Below are positions 62,883 through 64,000 of a stretch of 64,000 nucleotides of DNA, piece by piece; within the stretch, counting starts at the first letter, position 1, and each line of letters opens with the position of its first letter. The DNA lies in the NCBI RefSeq assembly GCF_001194135.2, contig NC_068998.1, positions 39,681,085 to 39,745,084 of the forward strand, in the 5' to 3' direction. Source of the DNA: Octopus bimaculoides (taxonomy: Eukaryota). The notes under the pieces were generated by a model, which saw nothing but the letters and a program-made list of their open reading frames with translations, searched no databases and was not told the DNA's origin. The position numbers and the translations under genes are program-made.

Positions 62883-63784
62883 TCTAATATTTTCTTTTAT
62901 AATCGAATTTATACCGACACAAACAATTTCTGGCCTATTCTACAGATTCTGCTGAGGACAACCAAGCTAGAACTGGAGGTAGGGGCAGTCACTATGAGCT
63001 TATGATTTTGAAGGAGCCTATTCCACCTGTTTGAAGTAAAGAATTACAGTTTAATTGGTATGCACAGTGGAAGATCTAACTTCTTGGGCTTTTTTACTTA
63101 GCTTGTCCAAGGAACAACACCTCTCTCTCTCTCTCTCTCTTGCCCACTCTCTCTCTCTCTCTCGCCCACTCTCTCTCTTTCTTTTAGAGTGCTTGAGACA
63201 TTAGATTCTTCTCACTCTATACTCACAACTGAATTTATCAAACTCTCATTTGATAATAAAGAATCTTCTTTCAATCAGCTAGCTATCATCATCATCACAT
63301 TATCATCATCATTTAAAATGTTTTCCATGCTGGCATGGGTTGGACAGTTTGACAGGATTTGGTATTCAATGTTTTCTATGGTTGGCTTCTCTTTCTAATG
63401 TCAACTACCTTAATGCGTATTGAGGACTTCTTTTCCTTTTTTACATGCCAAGTTAGGTTCAATGATTCTAACAATACAGGGAGTCACCAAACAATACAGT
63501 GGATTCTATCCCTCAGAGTTAACAGATTTTGTGCCACCTCCACTATGGCACTCATGACTCGCTATCATCTCAAATACTGAGTCTATGCCACTATCCTATA
63601 CCCCATGTTAACAACACCACCCAGTCCTTCTACATGAGAAGTGTGGCCCTTAGGAATTCCTTCCTTGGCCGTTTTTTATTATTTTTTACCTGCAGCCCAG
63701 TCATTAACTTGCAGAGGACCTCAAACTCATTAATCTGTATAATCTTGGAAGATATGTAAAAGCCATAGCCACAACCACTTTCTC

Positions 63785-63960
63785 CAAACCAACATAATAA
63801 TAATAATCCTTTCTACTATAGGCACAAGGCCTGAAATTAGGGGAGTGGGAGAGACGATTATAACAACTCCGGTACTCGACTGGTACTTGTTTCATCGACC
63901 CCGAAATGATGAAAGGTAAAGTCAACCTCGGTGGAATTTGAACAATAATAATAATAATTA
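63785..63960 (-). mobile_element. 5'-truncated S2 SINE with (AAT)n on both sides
   Basis: (AAT)n-CCTTTCTAC...GGTGGAATTTGAAC-(AAT)n. Confidence 0.75.
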
Positions 63961-64000
63961 TTTCTTTATTGCCACAAGTGGCTAAACATAGAGGGGACAA

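Overview
AT-rich eukaryotic genomic DNA with short-read assembly gaps (N runs, mostly next to microsatellites). The repeat families look like those of an octopus genome; this is pattern recognition, not a database result. I found no recognisable protein-coding gene, rRNA, tRNA or CRISPR array. The window reads as intronic or intergenic DNA saturated with mobile-element relics. These include at least five SINE-like families (dozens of copies), two TTAA-flanked piggyBac-type MITE families, a hAT-type MITE, a Helentron/HINE-like element, a decayed DD37D (maT) transposon, a mariner derivative built from two head-to-head 5' ends, several RTE-clade LINE fragments and four R4/Dong-type (RLE endonuclease) LINE fragments. 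Two of the Dong-type fragments sit cleanly inside (AAT)n tracts. Almost all ORFs in the supplied track are translations of microsatellites or SINEs. The most interesting items are the (AAT)n-targeted Dong insertions and their landing-pad cluster, the head-to-head mariner, a perfect 58-bp palindrome and a decayed hammerhead-ribozyme-like fold. A phase-compatible chain of small minus-strand candidate exons is unverified. Repeat boundaries are approximate (about 10-20 bp) unless a TSD or TIR is quoted.
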